64,000 bases of DNA from Heptranchias perlo (Eukaryota). How positions within the stretch are numbered: position 1 is the stretch's first letter; each line of letters begins with the position of its first letter. Position numbers and translations under genes: made by a program. Below are positions 1 through 10,945 of this stretch, in pieces. The notes beneath the pieces were generated by a model. That model did not search any database and was not told the origin of the DNA. It saw only the letters and a list, made by a program, of their open reading frames with translations. Where the stretch lies: positions 3,596,001 through 3,660,000 of the forward strand of contig NC_090366.1 in the NCBI RefSeq assembly GCF_035084215.1, read 5' to 3'.

Positions 1-114
1 GGCCAAGTGCAGGCAATTGGGACTTGCTTAGTGGTATAAACTGGGCGACATGGACATGTTGGGCCGAAGGGCCTGTTTCCATGTTGTAACTTCTATGATT
101 CTATGATTCTATGA
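1..114 (+). mobile_element. 3' end of young CR1 LINE with (ATTCTATG)n tail
   Basis: Near-identical to the 3' end of the element at 44087-44206 (GPSAGNWD end of ORF2, 3'UTR, octamer tail). Confidence 0.9.
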
Positions 115-384
115 ACTCTAAATTGAGAAGCGAGCTCGTGTTTTTTGATGTCTTAGACCTTAAGCTCATTTCAAACATAAGCATCGTTTCCTCTCTTGTC
201 ATTAAAGATTTGTCTGTTTGCCCGGGTAAGGTTCTAGTCCAGCGGTACGTCAACGAAGTGACCATTCCTCCCAGAACAAGAACTTGGTCGACTTTCCCTT
301 CCCTCACGCAGGGATGTTGAGGCGAATTGTAGCATCTCGACCCCACCGCCCCAGCTAATTCAAAACAGACTCTCCTGGTCTGCA

Positions 385-555
385 TGATGCATTTAAGGGG
401 AAGCTAGAGAAACACAAGAGGGAAAAAAGAATAGAAGGTCACGTTGATGGGGTTGGATGTAGAGAAGTGGGAGAAGGCTCGTCTGTAGCATAAACAACAG
501 CATGAACCAGTTGGGCCGAACGGCCTGTTTCTGTGCTGCACATTCTTTGCAATGT
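385..555 (+). mobile_element. Old CR1-type LINE 3' fragment (also at ~29185-29350)
   Basis: gcatttaaggggaagcta...ttgggccgaacggcctgtttctgtgctg is a typical CR1 3'UTR; present in the paralogous intron of gene B. Confidence 0.6.
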
Positions 556-818
556 TATTCATTTACTCTGTGGCTAAAACGATATCTGACATTGGGATCC
601 TTTGGAATAATATTGTACATAAACCACACCCGTGGAACGATCAATATTACTCCAATGGTTTGGGAAAAATGTTAAGTAAAGTGACTGACAAGAATTAGCT
701 GATAGACAGTTCGATTAATTGATTATCCAGTCGAGCTCTCACTACACTGGGCAGAACAACAACTTTAGAACCTGTTTATCAACAAGTTAGTTGAAACAAG
801 CATAGAGCGGGTATTTAC

Positions 819-1130
819 ATTTAACGGCCAGTGTAAGAGTTTCTTGAACAGTAGCTTCGACACCTTCAACGATAACTTTACATCCCAGCGTTTTCCCATG
901 AATGTCCGATGATGGGACGAAGGTGAAAATGGATGAAACCCTCCGGTAACCATCGAAACCGTTGACATTTTGTTCGGAAGTTTTAGTCTCTGCCAGAAAT
1001 GGAAAGTAACCTTGATCATAAGTCCACTTCAGCTCAAGGTTGGCGGATGGGCAATTGTGGGTGATCGAGCAGGTCAGTTGCGCTGGTTGTCCAGCGATCA
1101 ATTCCACAGAGACTGATACACTTGGTTTTT
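819..1130 (-). CDS. Gene A exon: Ig domain 2 (C2-set, Siglec D2 type)
   Basis: cacag|AA...AAAT|gtaaat, 312 nt; LIAGQPAQLTCSITHNCP...W...SSIFTFVPSSDIHGKTLGCKV, with the extra Cys used for the Siglec D1-D2 disulfide. Confidence 0.9.
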
Positions 1131-3603
1131 CTGTGAGGAGAGAAGGAAATTCGCGTTACAGTGGATTTCAATTTGAAAATGGCCAATGGTGTGCAAGTCG
1201 ATTCAACCCAAAGTCTGGGAAAATATCACCTTACAAATCGAATTCTGTTCTTTTCCGCCTGCTCTCAGCTGCAGGGAAAGATGCCTAAAGTCAATAGCTC
1301 CTTACAATTACTGAACTAATCGGATCACATATGCACTCAGCCGCTTTATCACATGAATTATTCACGTTATTGGCCAGTGAATTAATTTCCACTCACCCAC
1401 TGCGTTGCTGACAATTCAAAATGAGCTATTCAAATATCAGCAAGCATTAAACCCACTCATGAATCATTCGGTAAATTAATTGTTTGATGTGATACTGAAC
1501 CATTCGGCCAGCCCGGAGCCACATTCTATCCAAAGTCTGTGTTAGGGATCGAATTTGGCATATTGTTTGCCCGAATTGCTTCAACGAAACGATGGTTGAA
1601 GATAGTCCTGACTGGGAACCGAGAACCTGATGCAATCTTACGGGAGGAAACAACAAACCGGCGCTTGTCCTGAAAAAGTCATGTCGTCTTCAGCAGAAAT
1701 ATCATGCTGGTGGTGTGCGATGGAATCAATAAATAAATCAGAATTGGAAATCCGATCAATTGTCGCATAGGCATCAGGTTATTAAATATTGAAAGACAAA
1801 TCTCAGTACCAGCCCTGGGGGGACTCGGGAAGGTCTCTGTGGAATTTAATCTGGGGTGGATGAGGAAGCGAAAATTGTGAACTTATATTGTTTAATAATG
1901 GGAGAAAGGCACAAAATTATTAGATATATCTTATTGGTTGTTGCCCTGTAGGTCATTGAGTATTTTGGCAAAATTATTTGTTGAAAATTGTTCTTGTGAG
2001 CTTGGAAATTGGTTGTTTTGGCACTATATCGCAGTTCCTTTATCGTCGCTGCGTCAAAATCCTGGAACTCCCTTCGCAACAGCACTGTGTGAGAACCATC
2101 ACCACATGGACTGCAGCGGTTACATTTTTTTATTATGATTATGGACTTAAAATTATCAAGTGGGATAATAGCAGAAGACATTTCTGTCTAATTTCTTGCC
2201 ACGCCGTTTATGCGAGTTTTACTCCATCTATTCGACACCGGTTATCATTTCAGGTACGCTGAAGCATTCAAAGGCTCCAAGTGCCTGGGGTAATTTCGCG
2301 GCCCTTCATTGGCTGCAAAGCGTGTTGGAATGCCCTGCTGTTGTGAAACGCCCTATATTAATACAAGTCTTTATTGTTTTTAATTTCTTTATTATATGGA
2401 GACCTACAGCTCATTTGACCCTTGAAATCCCTCCTGTGCATAGACCATATCCAACCTACCCTTCCTTCAGAATTGAAAACTTTGACTTACTTTTGCGCTT
2501 CAATTATGGATTTAATTTTGACCCGCCGGTCTGTACGGTTCAATACAACATCTCAGGTTGCACTTACTAACTGAACAACGCGGTGAGCTTCTGTGCGTTA
2601 TTAAGAATACCCCAGTGTCATATTTCTGTTGAAGAGAATAAATAATACTCACCTGGGTATTATTCAATGGACCAGCCCTGCCGCTGTAACATGTGACGTA
2701 GGCCGAAAGTATCACGATATTTTTCCACTCAAGGCTTAAATTAAATGGCACTGAAGAGATGGAATATAAATTACAAAAGAAACAAATGAAAAAAACTTAC
2801 CTAAAATAGAAAGACTGACGTGAGATCTGGATGGGTGTTGTTCGAAACTATTCTGGGATTTGCTGATCTTTGGTCTGAAGTAATAGTCACCTTCATCGCT
2901 CTTCCTGATATCTTTTATCCGTAAGGAACATTGTTTCTTTGCAAAGTTGCCGTTCAACTCAGTTCGTCCCATATAGATAAAGTTTATATTGTCTGAACTT
3001 TTGGGATCATAGACAATAAAGACCCCATGGCTGCTAGGATCAGAACCCCCCTTCAACCACATACCCCATGGACTGTGCCCATAGACGGGATAATCAAATG
3101 TACACGGGATCTCTGCACATGAACCCTTCACTGCCGACACAAACCACGGCATCTTCACAGACCATCGTGAACTATGGACAACTGATGAAAAATAGAAATT
3201 AAACACCCATTCAAATAGACAATAATATTCCAATTAAAACATTCTCTACAATTCCAGATAAATACTATTAAGTGACCATTTTAACACCCACAGACATTTA
3301 CATCTCCAGACCCATCTAAACTCGTAAATTTCCCAGTGCAACTGTTGCGTTAAAATTTCCTTTATTTCCCAATCAAACACACATTAATATTCAATAACCC
3401 TAATAAATTACAGAATTCAGTTCCGAATATAATATACATTAAAAACCTTCTTCGCGAATTTACAAAACACTAAGTATGTTATATTTCTATAACTAATTAC
3501 TTTGTTATTTTGCCACGAGATGGAAATCGCTTGAGAGAATTATTAAAAAGTATATTTTACCTTCATTAAATACCAGAATGAAAATAATGTTTATGCCTTT
3601 CAT
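819..3603 (-). CDS. Siglec-like receptor gene A, 5' part (leader, V-set, C2-set exons); continues beyond the left edge
   Basis: Three phase-1 GT-AG exons, 3603-3561, 3181-2801 and 1130-819, join into an open frame with the Siglec cysteine pattern and F-strand Arg. Confidence 0.88.
2801..3181 (-). CDS. Gene A exon: N-terminal V-set domain with sialic-acid-binding Arg
   Basis: catcag|TT...TTAG|gtaagt, 381 nt; WSVKMP..GSCAEIPCTFDYP..W..GRTEL..CSLRIKDIRKSDEGDYYFR (B-E strand cysteines, no F-strand Cys, YxFR). Confidence 0.92.
3561..3603 (-). CDS. Gene A signal-peptide exon
   Basis: ATG..MKGINIIFILVFNE + G|gtaaaa, 43 nt, phase 1; homologous exons in the three paralogs. Confidence 0.8.
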
Positions 3604-5319
3604 GACCAGCGGAGTTTCACGTTGTCAAAATGACAAACAAACATTTATCCCCGATCGAAGATTAATCACGGTTCTGGATTCCGCCCACCGGTAATATACT
3701 GAATTTCCTCGCGAATCGAATCAGAGTACCGAGAGGTCAGCTGTTCGGCACCCACCAATCCACGGGAACCGTGATGGCTCATACAGGTTGAGACACTCCC
3801 CCACTGTTATCCACCATTTCTGCTGCCACTCTGCGACACTTCGGCTATGACAATGTAGATCAGTCTGTGGCCCGCAGTTACAGGACGTGATCAGACCAAA
3901 CTATTGGTCAATACCCCTGGCCAGTAAATGCCCAGCCTCCCTCGTCATCAGGACAGTTACAGGGCAGTGGATGGCTCTTTAAGTTGCACTCTCGAAAATA
4001 ATCTTATGCACTGACTTTAGACGCCCAGACTCACAACTCCCACATATTTAGCTATTTGTTAGCACTTTAAATCTGAATGTTTGAAATGTGCAGCTGTGGT
4101 TAGTTCTGGAGCCGCTGTCTCCAGACATGTGGGTTTATCATCTTCAGTAGTTTGGGGCGTAACACGGATCTGAAATATCAAAGGCACAAAAGTGTTTGTT
4201 AGGAAACAGTTTCAGATAGGCAAACGGCCATTGTTCGAATTGACCTCAAGTATTCATATTCACACCCCAGACATATGAAATCTGCTGAAATTAATTCATT
4301 TATATCCCAGTTGCTTCACTAACCCGTTTATGATTTTTCTGAGGCTGGATCTGCGACGCGTGGCTTGAGCTTTTAGATTCGTGTGTCAGTGCTGCAGGAA
4401 ACAAGGTCGATATTTTGAACTGCAGGATCAAATTCCTTCAACTTGATCGGTGAGAGCAAATCATAGATCCAATCAAACACTGCTCACCTGCAACTGGGCG
4501 CATTTCAAATCAGGTTAAGAAGCACAATAAGTTCAGACTAGTTGGACGGTAAGAGGCCCGTATCACCGCTGCCTTGGACGCGATGTTAGTGATCAATCAA
4601 TATCTTAACTTATACGTTCCAGTAAAGCCTCGGATGAGCCTCATACAGTTTGCTTAACTCACTTATTCCGATTTCCGTTTCACAATTCTAAACCTGAAAT
4701 CCGTTCCACTTTCACGAGGAAATCGCTCATTTTCTGCCGCATTCTCAAGTTACCAATTTTTGCACGTTCTTTTCATACTTATTGGACATCTTGATACGGG
4801 AAACATAATTCACTCTCTGAGTTACCACCACGCCCATAAGGAGAAGGGTCACGGCAGCCAGGCGAGATAAATCAGGACTCTTGGACATCCCGTGAACCCA
4901 AAGGCTTGCAGCAAACCAGAAAATGCTGAAAAGACATTACAGTTCAGACGCTATCGGTGTGGGAGAAGAAATTAGTACATTTGTGGAAAATAGTTCATCA
5001 GAATTGAAAGCAGGCATTTTAGTAAAGTGAAAGAAAGGAGGTCTTGACGAGAACGATGTCTCACATTACAGAGTGGCGACTAATCGCTTGCAATCTATTA
5101 GGAAACATAAAATATCATCGGGGAGTGAATGGAAATACAATATACGAACCGAGGAATGTGTAAGTATTTCAGCGGATGGAAATTGTCTCCGAGAAACACA
5201 AATGTGGAGCTCTGAATGAGACTGTTAGGATGTACACGCACTGGACTGAACAAGCAATGGCAGTTTCCCTGAAATATCTATGGGTTCAGGAATTCAGAAA
5301 AGGGAGCGCTAACTTCTCG

Positions 5320-5600
5320 GCAGCGACCGTGTTCGAATCCAGCTTCCCTTAAATGCATCTGTGCTATTCTCCTCAACCACTCTTTGTGGCAGCGAGTTTC
5401 ACATTCTAACGACTCTCTGGGTAAAGAAGTTTCTCGTAAATTCCCAATTGGATTGATTATCGACGATCTTATATTTATGTCCCCTAGTTTTCGACACCCA
5501 ATTAGGTGAAAACATCTTCTCCACATTTGATTTTCAAATCCCTTCATAATTTTAAGGTGGTCTATTAGGTCACCTCTCAGTCTTCTCTTTTCCAGAGAAA
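5320..5600 (-). mobile_element. CR1 LINE ORF2 3' fragment (paralog at ~55520-55740)
   Basis: LFSLEKRRLRGDLI..KIMKGF and FTQRVV-like CR1 RT C-terminal motifs, frameshifted. Confidence 0.8.
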
Positions 5601-5640
5601 ACAGAGAGCGTAGGAGCGTGAGTGAGCACGGATGCGCGCT

Positions 5641-6240
5641 CAGATCCATGTCCAGTTCAGCTTTACTGACTAGTTTAGGAAAGTGTGTGCAGATCCAGGG
5701 CCCAGTTTGGATTGACTGACTGGTTTATGGATCAGTATTCAGATCCAGGGCCATTGGTTTTACTGATTAGTTTGGGGATGTCGGTTCAGATACGGCTACC
5801 AGTTTAGTCTTACTGACCAGTTTAGGAACGCGGGCTCAGGTTGAGGACCATTTTGGTTTCACTGACGAGATTAGAGATTGTTTTCAGATTCAGGGCCCAG
5901 TATGGTTTTACTGATCAGATTAGGGATTGTTTTCAGATCCAGGGCCCAGTTTGGCTTCATTGTCTCGTTTAGTGATGTGTGTTCGGCTCCAGGCCCAATT
6001 CACTTTTGCTGACCAATTTAGGGATTTGTATTCCGATTGAGGCCTCAGTTTGGTTTTACTGACTAGTTTAGGGATGTGGGTTCACCTACAGTGCCCAATT
6101 TGGTTTAACTGTCTTGTTTAGGGATGTGTTCACAGATCCAGGGCCCAGTTTGGTTTTATTGATTAATTTAGGTGTGTTTGTTCAGATTCATTGACAATTT
6201 TGTTTTACTGACTAGTTTCGGGATTGTGTTCAGATGCAGG
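5641..6240. repeat. ~49-50 bp minisatellite, about 12 units
   Basis: Consensus cagatccagggcccagtttggttttactgactagtttagggatgtgtgtt; units start at 5641, 5690, 5740 and onward. Confidence 0.9.
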
Positions 6241-7139
6241 CTCCACACAAGAACCAGCTCGCTCTCAAGCTGACAGCGGAAGTGGTGTGTGGTCAGCCCA
6301 AGGGCTCTGTCTGTTCATATGATGCTACATCATTGTCTCGGCACTGTTCACATTGGGAACGAGTCAGTGTCTCAATCACTGTTCTCATTGAGTGTGGGTG
6401 AACCGAGGTGGGTTTATTTGCACCGTGTGCCAGTGCAGCTCCAGAGCAGAGGTGTAAAGAGCTCGGTTCTATTTGGAGCCCAATTAGTTGTGGTTTATAC
6501 AGCAACTATGTATCGCTGCTATCTATGACGCTGTTGGGGTGTGAATCATTCTGGACAATTGAACCAGTATGAGCTTACTTGTGGTCAGGTAACATCCGGT
6601 TATAGTATGTGCTGCATCGTGAAAGGAGCTGTTGTGTTTTCAGCTGAATGTTTAAAGTGTATTGCAAAGTGAGAGTTCAGAACTTGAATATTAATAATAT
6701 ATCTACATCATTAATAACACCTGCTAATAACGATGGCGTTATTAAGGTATCAGCTGTGGTTCAGTGGGTAGCGCAGCATCAGGTACAACTGTGAGTATTT
6801 AACACCGTCCAAGGAGGATTTCTACCCGAACATGTTCTGAAAAGGAAAGATGCATTGGGAATTGAGACGAACAATCAGTTTTCTGGTAAATAGTAACAGA
6901 CCCCCCGTGTGCTGACAGTGTGAAGCGGGATAAAACACATTGGACCCACCGCGCCATCTATTTGTCACAGCCAGAAACTAAACCTTCATTCGAAATCGTG
7001 GCATTAACTATATTAACATGTCGCTAATACACAGAGTGCAGAGGCAGGAGAGACCAGAGTGACTCTCTCCCCGCTCTGTCACATGGCAGTTTGTGTTTCG
7101 CAAAACTGATTTTGACTAATTCGAAGCAGAAATACTCGT

Positions 7140-8490
7140 TTGTGTATCGGTAGCACGTGTTCTTTGTGTATCTGTACCGCGTGTTCTTTGTGTATCTGAA
7201 CCATGTGTATTTTGGGTATCTGTACCACGTGTCTTTTGTGCAGCTGCACCACGTGTTTTTGTGTAGCTGTTCCACGTGTGCTTTGACTATCTATATCAAG
7301 TGTTCTTTGTATATCTGCATCACATGTTCTTTCCGTATCTGTACTACGTGATATTTATGTATCTGTGCCACGTGTTCTTTGTTGATCTGTAACACCTAGT
7401 CTTTGTGTACCTGTTCCACGTGTTTTTGATGTATCTGTACCATGTGTTCCTTGTGCGTATGTAACGTGATGATTGTGTATCCTTACAACATGTTATTTGT
7501 GTAACTGTACCACGTGTTCCTTGTGTAACTGAACCACGTGTTTTTGTTTATACGTACCCAGTCTTCTTTTTCGATCTGTCCCCCGTGTTCTTTGTGCATC
7601 TGTATTACGTCTGCTTGGCATACGTTCACCACAATTCGATGTGCATCTGCACCAAATGCTATTTGTGTATCTGAACGAAGTGTTTTTATGTATTTGTACC
7701 TAATGTACTTTGGGTATCTGTACCAGGCGGTCCTTTTATATGTGCACCACATGTTATTTGTGTATCTGGACCATGTGTTCTTTATTTATCTGTACCACGT
7801 GTTCTTTGCGCATCTGTACCAAGTGTTCCTTGTGTATCTGCACCACGTGGTGTTTGTGTAACAGTACCACGTGTTTTTTATGCACCTCCATATATTCTGC
7901 GCATATCTGTACCACGTGTTCTTTGTGTATCAATCCCACGTGTTCTTTGTGCATCAGTCCCACGTGTTCATTGTGTATCGTCAAATCTGTACCAGGTGTG
8001 TTTTTTATATCTGCACTACAATTATTTATGTATCTGTGTCACGTGTGCTTCGTATAGCTGTTTGTGTATTGGTACCAAGTTTTGTTTGTGCATCTGTAGC
8101 ACGTGTTCTTTGTGTGTCTGCACCGCGTGTACTTTGTGTATCTGTACCACGTGATGTTTGTGTATCTGTAAATCGTAACCTTTGTGTATCTGTACCAAAT
8201 ATTCTTTGCGTATCTGTACCAGTGCCTTGTGTATCTGTACAAAATGTGCTTTGTATATTTGTACCACAATTCTTTGTGTATCTGTACCACGTGTTTTTTG
8301 TGTATCCATACCAAGTGTTCCATAAGTGTCTGTGCCACGTGTTCTTTGTGGATCGGTACCACGTGTTCTTTGTGTATCTGCCCCACGTGTACTTTGTGGA
8401 TCTGTATAACGTGCCTTTGTGTATCTGTACCAACAGTTCTTTTTGCATCTGCACTCTGTGATCTTTGTGTACCTGCATCAGGTTTCCTTT
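7140..8490. repeat. 24-bp minisatellite (gtgtatctgtaccacgtgttcttt)n
   Basis: Dozens of degenerate units; a unit length divisible by 3 explains the 8-aa periodic ORFs in several frames. Confidence 0.95.
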
Positions 8491-8499
8491 GTATTGCAG

Positions 8500-8656
8500 G
8501 GAGGTCATTGTGAGAACGATCCAGACAATAACGTCGGGGAACTGATAGCAGATCCGACTGAGCAGAACGAAGAAATTAATTACGCCACCGTGCATTTTTC
8601 AACTGTTCTTCCAGGGCATAGACTTGAGTCAATATGCCGATATTAAGTATAACTGA
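8500..8656 (+). pseudogene. Orphan ITIM-bearing terminal exon, copy 1 (opposite strand to the Siglec-like genes)
   Basis: ttcctttgtattgcag| phase 0 GGHCENDP...EEINYATVHF; an out-of-frame YADIKYN* follows. Confidence 0.6.
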
Positions 8657-9455
8657 AAAGGGCCAGAACCTGCAGAGGCCGCATTATCTGATTGCCCACA
8701 TTTCAGTTTCTTTCTCCAAACGAACTAAACATAAACACCAGGAGATACCAGCCGGATTTACAATAAAGAGAATGGAATCGCTCGATGTTGCTTGCAGTAT
8801 TTGCCCAAATATTCTCCTCCTCCACCTTGAACGAGTTGAATTCGTGCTGAGCTCCGGTTCCTCCAATCCATCGCTGAAGTTGCTAATTTGCAGATGGCTC
8901 TATTAACAATGAAGTTTGCTGCGAGGCCCATCACTCCGAATCTGACCCTGCCCTCTCTGGATGTCCACAGGGACACTTGCAACTGGGTTCACTCAACAGC
9001 GATAATAAACGTTGGATGACTGTTGTGACGTTAAAACGTCAACATCGTGTTCGTAACTATATATATATTAGCGCGTTTTCATAAAAGATATCGTAGATTT
9101 ACAACAGGCAAACATAATTAAGATCATACCTTGCAGGGGACCTAAAGCTTATTCATTACCTGAGGAGGAAGCGTGCGGGTGGAAAGAATAGGACTGAGTG
9201 GGAAGCCGTGCACTCTGGTCCTCGGGATGTTCCATGTCCGGGTTTCCAAACGATATATAAGATATAAGGGCAATCCGACAGAAACGTCACAGCTTCACCA
9301 TGTGACTTGACATGTTAAAAATTCAGTACACCAGCAAGCCGTTTGAACAGTGGGTGCGGTGCAGAGCAACGCTGCGACAGGTGAACAAAAAATACATTCT
9401 AATACCTCTATATTAAATGTTGCCAGTTATTTTAGTCACTATCATCAGGTTCAAA

Positions 9456-10343
9456 CATTTGCGCCAGACAAGTGCCAGGCCATGACCATCTCCAACAAGA
9501 GAGTCGAACCATCACCCCTTGACATTCAACGGCATTACCATCACCGAAACCGCCACCATCAACAGCCTGGGGGGTCATCATTGACCAGAAACTGAACCAG
9601 CCATATATATACTGTGGCTACAAGAGCAGGTCAGAGGCTCGGTATTCTGCGACGAGTGACTCACCTCCTGACTCCCCAAAGCCTTTCCACCATCAACAAG
9701 GCACAAGTCAGGAGTGTGATGGAATACTCTCCACTTGCTTGGATGAGTGCAACTCCAGCAACACTCAAGAAGCTCAACACCATCCAGGAAAAAGCAGGCC
9801 GCTTGATTGGCACAAGTCAGGAGTGTGATGGAATACTCTCCACTTGCCTGGATGAGTGCAGCTCCAACAACACTCAAGAAGCTCGACACCATCCAGGACA
9901 AAGCAGCCCGCTTGATTGCCACCTCACCCACAACCCTAAACATTCACTCCCTTCAACACCGGCGCACAGTCGCTGCAGTGAGTACCATCCACAGGATGCA
10001 GTGCAGCAACTCGGTAAGGCTTCTTCGACAGCACCTTCCAAATCTGCGAGCTCTACCACCCAGAAGGACAAGAGATGCATGTACATTGGAACAACACCAC
10101 CTGCACGTTCCCCTCCAAGTCACACACCATCCCGACTTGGAAATATATCGCCGTTCCTTCATCGTCGCTGGGTCAAAATCCTGGCAATCCCTTCCGAACA
10201 GCATTATGGGAGAAACTTCACCACACGGACTGCAGCGGTTCAAGAAGTCGGCTCCCCCACTACCTTCTCAAGGACAATTAGGGATTGGCAATAAATGCCG
10301 GCCTCGCCAGAGATGCCCACTTCCCATGAACGAATGAAAAAAA
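9456..10343 (+). mobile_element. 5'-truncated LINE of a second CR1/L2-group family, with internal 109-bp tandem duplication
   Basis: RT C-terminal peptide KAQVRSVMEYSPLAWMSAAPTTLKKLDTIQDKAARLI; A-rich end; absent from the paralogous site at ~35720. Confidence 0.85.
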
Positions 10344-10714
10344 CGACATAAATAAAATATGAAACGACGATTGAACAGAATCGACAAACGGATTGTTAAA
10401 GCATTTTCAATATAAGGATAATCAGTCAACATTTATTGGGAAATTTTGAAGGTTCAAATATTTCCCTTGAAGGGAAAATGTGCTTGTGTGAATTACAGGA
10501 AGCACGGGTCGGAGATAGGCCGCATCACTGTTCCCAATTCTTTGACAACACCTCAACCCCTCCCCGCGCCACCCATCCAAACTTTTCAAACGTGTTTCTG
10601 AGCTTGTGGCATGGAACTGTGCAATTACCGCTACAATCAAAAAGTAAGCTAGGAGGAAGCTATTATTGTCTCCATGTGAGGCCAGTAGGTGTCTCGGAAC
10701 AAAAACAACTCCAA

Positions 10715-10945
10715 ATTCGCCTCCAAGTCACACACCATCCTGACTTGGACATATATCGCTGTTCCTTCATTGTCGCTTGGTCAAAATCCAGGAACTCCCT
10801 ACCGAACAGCACTGTGAGAGCACCTTCACCACACGATATGCAGCGGTTCAAGATGAAAGCTCATCACCACCTTCTCAAGGCCAACTCGGGATGGGCAATA
10901 AATGCTGGCCTTACCAAAGACATCCACATCCCGAAAATGAATAAA
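10715..10945 (+). mobile_element. 3' fragment of the same LINE family (paralog at ~36055-36280)
   Basis: ccaagtcacacaccatcctgacttgg...gggcaataaatgctggcc matches 10113-10330. Confidence 0.8.

Noticed and set aside
111-320. Conserved short ORF, repeated at 28884-29120
   Set aside because: Intronic sequence of recent duplicates; the similarity reflects duplication and no domain is recognisable.
2801-3181. V exons as rearranging Ig/TCR/IgNAR segments
   Set aside because: They end in splice donors rather than RSS heptamer-nonamers, and have Siglec B-E cysteines with YxFR instead of YYC.
5641-6240. Interstitial telomere
   Set aside because: TTAGGG occurs singly per 50-bp unit, not as tandem hexamers.
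5641-8490. CRISPR-like appearance of the repeat arrays
   Set aside because: Head-to-tail degenerate units without unique spacers, no cas genes, vertebrate context.
7024-8595. Many overlapping ORFs with 8-aa periodicity (also 32963-34783 and 57704-58811)
   Set aside because: Artefact of a stop-poor 24-bp minisatellite that is open in several frames on both strands.
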